From: a virus
Taxonomy: Duplodnaviria; Caudoviricetes
IMG/VR virus record: IMGVR_UViG_3300037631_004833
Span: 1-30,898 of that record
Length of the DNA: 30,898 nt
Reading direction: 5' to 3' (one strand)
Below are positions 27,273 through 30,898 of the stretch, in pieces (the stretch's first letter is position 1; each line of letters starts with the position of its first letter). The notes beneath the pieces are model-generated. The model saw nothing but the letters and a program-made list of their open reading frames with translations, searched no databases and was not told the DNA's origin. The translations under genes and the position numbers were made by a program.

Positions 27273-27279
27273 TATTTAT
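27272..27279 (+). promoter_or_regulatory. Putative late promoter box ATATTTAT
   Basis: At the switch back from replication genes to structural genes, 18 nt before ATG 27298. Confidence 0.65.
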
Positions 27280-27297
27280 AAAAAAGAAACTTGATGA

Positions 27298-30200
27298 ATG
27301 GCTCGAAAACTTGCTACATATAAAGGATATGATACATTAAATACGTATTATTCTGATTCTTCACTATTATCACCAGATATTTTTGATATTAGTTTTTTTC
27401 CAAATAAGTTAACCGTTGGTAAAAATTTAATTAAATTTCGTGGTAATTTAAATTCTTTAAAGATAGGAGCTCCTATAGATGTTGAAATATTGGATTCAAA
27501 TGGAGACCCTATATATTCAGAATTTATAGACTTTATAGATCAAGACGGATCTAGAGTACTTTCAATATACATATATGAAGATACTGCTCCTGGTGATGCA
27601 ACTATAATATTTGTTACAGAGATAACAAAAATTAATGATCAACAAATACCTAATGATTTTCAAAATCAATTAAATGCAAAATGGACAAGAACTATACCAG
27701 TTAATCCATTAGATTTAAATACATCAACTGTTATTTTTGATGATTTACCAAAAGTAACAATATCAGAAAACGTTGGAGTTCAATTAAATAGAACATATGC
27801 AAACGGTCAATTTCCAATTTATAATACAGGACAAATAAGTTTTGTATCACAAAACAATCAACCAACGGCAATCTTAACAGGAGGAAAGTTTAACGGAGAC
27901 ATGATTAATGGTACATTGTCAGTACCAACTCCATCTAATCCTTTACCAACTTCAGATATTAATGCTAGCTCAAATATATATACTAGTACTATTAGTAAAG
28001 TTTTAAATGATACTACATTACAATTAGATTTTCCATATGAAGTTTTTGATACTCAAAGCAATTTATCACATACGTTTAACAGTTTTGATAATTCAGCATT
28101 CCAAATTGAATATGAAGCAACTCCTCAATATACTCCAACACAAAATTCAGAATCATTTGCATTAATACAAATATCTGATTTAGAACCTGACACTGGAGAT
28201 ATTTCTAGAATCAAAGTTTATTTAAATTCTGCAGGAACTGTTGGAACATTTGAACAAGTTAATGATATATTATTACCAAATACTGAAATATTTATTGATT
28301 CTACATCATCATTAACACCAGACAAATCTATAGGAATTTTTGAAACACAAAACATTATCGATACATATTGGGAAGGACATTCATATCAAGGAAAAACAGA
28401 AATAGCTGCTCCTACATTAACTTGGACAACAAGCTCAATAAATAATGCAACTGCTATAACAGGAACATTAGATTTATCAAATTCGAATAATGTATATACA
28501 TTTCAATTAAAAAATCAATTTTCTGGTATTTTTGTAAGCCAATCAATATATACAGTAACATTAGACGCATTTACGCAAAAATCTGGTAATATAAATCCTA
28601 TATTATCAATTTATGCATCAGGATCCGCATTTACATTTGATTCAACTGATAATTTTAATCAAGAACTTCCAAAAAAATTAGGTAAAAAAATTGGTGAAAT
28701 AGAATGTTTAGGAACTTCAAAAAGATATGATGATATATCATTTGAATTTAATTCTGATCAATCAGGTACTGGTGTGTTAATATTTGTAGTTGAATCTGGA
28801 GATTGGCAATTTTCTGATATTAGAACATTAACTGATGCAGAATATGGATATACTCCAAACTATACAAGATTTAGAACAGAAATACCAACTAAAATTAAAT
28901 CTGGCAATCAATTATCATTTAAAATTGAATATTATAATAGATTAGGAGATAAATCAAATACTGTTAATTTTGTTAGAAATTTAAATTTCGAAGGAGGTAA
29001 TAGATATATAGATGGCGGATTCTCAATGTTAACTGGATCTTTATTTGTCGCAGATACATTATCGTCAGGAGTAGAAATTGCAGGATTACAAAATACAGGA
29101 TATGTTAGATCATTAGGATATGAAGGATTTAATCAAGCAACTGGATCTGGTGCTGGAGGATTCTTATTATTTTCCGGATCTGCATTACCGCAACAATCAG
29201 AAACTACATATCAAGGCGTAGGACTAGAAATGGTTTCTGACGCAAATAATTATTTTAAATATAGAACAAACCCTAGTATCTTAGATGTACATACAGAAAC
29301 ATTTTTCTTAGGTAATCCATCTACTCAATTTGTAAGCGGATCATCCGGTCAATTGGAAATATCATCTTCTGGATATCATATACAAGCAAATGGAGATATA
29401 ACAGCTTCTAGATTTTTAATGGACGGTGGAACTATAACAGATAATGTAACAATATTAGGATCATTATCTGCAAATAGTATTTTAACTCCTGCTACAATTA
29501 ATGGATCGCCGTCAACGCCAGCAAATGCATCTTCTTCAATTAGTACAGATGGACTCGCAATATTTAAATCAGCTTCTATAGCAGGATTTACAATAACAGG
29601 TGGAGAAATAATTTCTGCAGGTGCAGTAGAAGCATCGTCTAGTATAACAAATACAAATGTTAGTTTAACAAATTTTAGTTTAGCAGGGAGCATTGGAGTT
29701 ACAAATCCAACAATATCTAGTCAAACATATTCTGGATCTCCAACTGATGGATATGGTTTTTCTGGGTATGTTTCAGCTGGTAGTCCAACATTTAAAAAAG
29801 CTGGAGTTAACTATTCAGTAGCACCTGCAACATATACAGTAGGGGATTCAACAATAACTTTAACTAGTGGATATGAAACCGGAGATCCATTTGGAGAAGG
29901 CGCTCAATCAGGATTTAGTTTTTACCAAACAAATGCTCCATCAAACACAACATTTTTATCTGGATCAACAACAAATTTTCCAGCAATAGAATCTCCTATA
30001 GTATTAAAAGCATTAGGAGAAATAACTGCTAGCGCAGGAAAAATAGGAGGATTTCAAATTGGAACTTCATCACTTTCAACTGCAGGAGTAGAGATTAATG
30101 ATTCTTCACAAAATTCATTTATTAGTTCTAGTAATTTTAATGTTAAACATACTGGTATAATGACTGCAAGTAATGCATTATTTGAAGGAGTTGCATTAGC

Positions 30201-30552
30201 TAATATTATTAGAGATAAAGCAGTAGTTATAACTGCAGCTAATTCTTCTTCATATTTACAGTTTAATCCTCAAGTTGGCACTCCTCCTAGTTCTACAACA
30301 GCAGCTTTTTATAATATAGTATTAGATGGATCTTTAGGAGGAGAAAAAGTTAGGAGAGCATTAATAGGATGTCCATTAAAAACAATAAGTAGCGGTGGAG
30401 GTTCGCCTACTACATATACTGTTGCTATAGCAGGAATCAAACTACCAGATATCGGATCAACTACTTCTTTAGAATGTATAATAGAAATTTCTGGTTCAGG
30501 AATTGCTTTTCGAAATGATGTAGGACCATTTGCAGCTGGATTTTTAACATGA
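27298..30552 (+). CDS. Large virion protein, Ig-like N-terminal domains and fibre-like C-terminal region
   Basis: 1084 aa, S/T/G/N-rich, low charge; GxITAS, IGGF.I and IAGF.I fibre-type repeats; late box upstream. Confidence 0.75.
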   Translation: MARKLATYKGYDTLNTYYSDSSLLSPDIFDISFFPNKLTVGKNLIKFRGNLNSLKIGAPIDVEILDSNGDPIYSEFIDFIDQDGSRVLSIYIYEDTAPGDATIIFVTEITKINDQQIPNDFQNQLNAKWTRTIPVNPLDLNTSTVIFDDLPKVTISENVGVQLNRTYANGQFPIYNTGQISFVSQNNQPTAILTGGKFNGDMINGTLSVPTPSNPLPTSDINASSNIYTSTISKVLNDTTLQLDFPYEVFDTQSNLSHTFNSFDNSAFQIEYEATPQYTPTQNSESFALIQISDLEPDTGDISRIKVYLNSAGTVGTFEQVNDILLPNTEIFIDSTSSLTPDKSIGIFETQNIIDTYWEGHSYQGKTEIAAPTLTWTTSSINNATAITGTLDLSNSNNVYTFQLKNQFSGIFVSQSIYTVTLDAFTQKSGNINPILSIYASGSAFTFDSTDNFNQELPKKLGKKIGEIECLGTSKRYDDISFEFNSDQSGTGVLIFVVESGDWQFSDIRTLTDAEYGYTPNYTRFRTEIPTKIKSGNQLSFKIEYYNRLGDKSNTVNFVRNLNFEGGNRYIDGGFSMLTGSLFVADTLSSGVEIAGLQNTGYVRSLGYEGFNQATGSGAGGFLLFSGSALPQQSETTYQGVGLEMVSDANNYFKYRTNPSILDVHTETFFLGNPSTQFVSGSSGQLEISSSGYHIQANGDITASRFLMDGGTITDNVTILGSLSANSILTPATINGSPSTPANASSSISTDGLAIFKSASIAGFTITGGEIISAGAVEASSSITNTNVSLTNFSLAGSIGVTNPTISSQTYSGSPTDGYGFSGYVSAGSPTFKKAGVNYSVAPATYTVGDSTITLTSGYETGDPFGEGAQSGFSFYQTNAPSNTTFLSGSTTNFPAIESPIVLKALGEITASAGKIGGFQIGTSSLSTAGVEINDSSQNSFISSSNFNVKHTGIMTASNALFEGVALANIIRDKAVVITAANSSSYLQFNPQVGTPPSSTTAAFYNIVLDGSLGGEKVRRALIGCPLKTISSGGGSPTTYTVAIAGIKLPDIGSTTSLECIIEISGSGIAFRNDVGPFAAGFLT

Positions 30553-30574
30553 TTATAATAGAAAGAAATATTTT

Positions 30575-30898
30575 ATGGGATTAACAAGCTATGTAACAAT
30601 CGATGACGGCACTGTTTTAAAAGCGACTCCAATTAATGGTAATCCTAATGCAATTGGAATCATAACAGGCACTCAAGAACCATTTACTAAAACATTTAAA
30701 GATGGATTAACTGTAGAAGGTTCGTTAGGAACAGATATAAATTTAAAAAGTAATGTTCATATAAGTGGGAGTATCACATATCAAAATATTAACCGATATA
30801 GTGGAGGAACTACTACAATTGGTTCTAATTTAACTTCAAATCAATCAATATATTTATTATCTCCAACTAGCGGTACAGTTACTATTGCTTTACCAAAT
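30575..30898 (+). CDS. Fibre-like virion protein, 5' part (runs off the window)
   Basis: Open from ATG 30575 to the end: MGLTSYVTIDDG...HISGSITY...GTVTIALPN. Confidence 0.75.
   Translation, partial: MGLTSYVTIDDGTVLKATPINGNPNAIGIITGTQEPFTKTFKDGLTVEGSLGTDINLKSNVHISGSITYQNINRYSGGTTTIGSNLTSNQSIYLLSPTSGTVTIALPN

Larger units (their letters stand above)
1..30898 (+). mobile_element. Fragment of a large tailed bacteriophage (myovirus, T4-like baseplate and late sigma factor)
   Basis: All credible genes on + strand with overlapping or abutting starts and stops; gp25-, gp6-, gp7- and gp5-like baseplate genes, gp55-like sigma, Hsp20, resolvase, primase, gp46/47-like nuclease; no housekeeping operons or integrase. 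Confidence 0.95.

Noticed and set aside
91-29693. All minus-strand ORFs in the track
   Set aside because: Short, F/L/I/S-rich antisense shadows of strong plus-strand genes with no recognisable motifs
1-30898. Stop-codon reassignment (code 15 or 4)
   Set aside because: Code 11 gives near-complete coding density with intact long genes; TAA, TGA and TAG all end genes
1-30898. tRNA, CRISPR array, intron, intein, homing endonuclease, integrase, DGR
   Set aside because: No cloverleaf, repeat-spacer periodicity, splice motifs, reverse transcriptase or near-identical template/variable repeat pair seen by eye

Overview
A very AT-rich, densely coding, all-plus-strand fragment of a large lytic myovirus genome with a T4-like (far-T4 type) gene set. 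There is no sign of a cellular chromosome, integrase, tRNA or CRISPR array. From left to right: small accessory genes (Hc1 histone-like tail, DUF4494, Hsp20, membrane proteins, a zinc ribbon, a YhaM-like HD hydrolase), a gp55-like late sigma factor, a baseplate/tail module (spike/gp5-like, gp25, gp6, gp7-like, LamG and tail-collar-like proteins), a truncated kinase-fold protein, a T7 endonuclease I-like resolvase, a primase, a single-chain Mre11-Rad50 (SbcD-SbcC) fusion, and further fibre-like virion proteins. DUF4494 and Hc1 hint at a Bacteroidota host. The most unusual signals are: (1) an [S/T]-G-S tripeptide strongly enriched across unrelated virion proteins, possibly a modification sequon; (2) a minimal kinase carrying a T4-like capsid-targeting leader; (3) an ATATTTAT late-promoter box, the base-for-base complement of T4 TATAAATA, one copy sitting inside a hairpin; (4) a dual-coded nested gene; (5) a structured 184-bp intergenic element before the primase. 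All calls come from motif recognition by eye; no searches were run.
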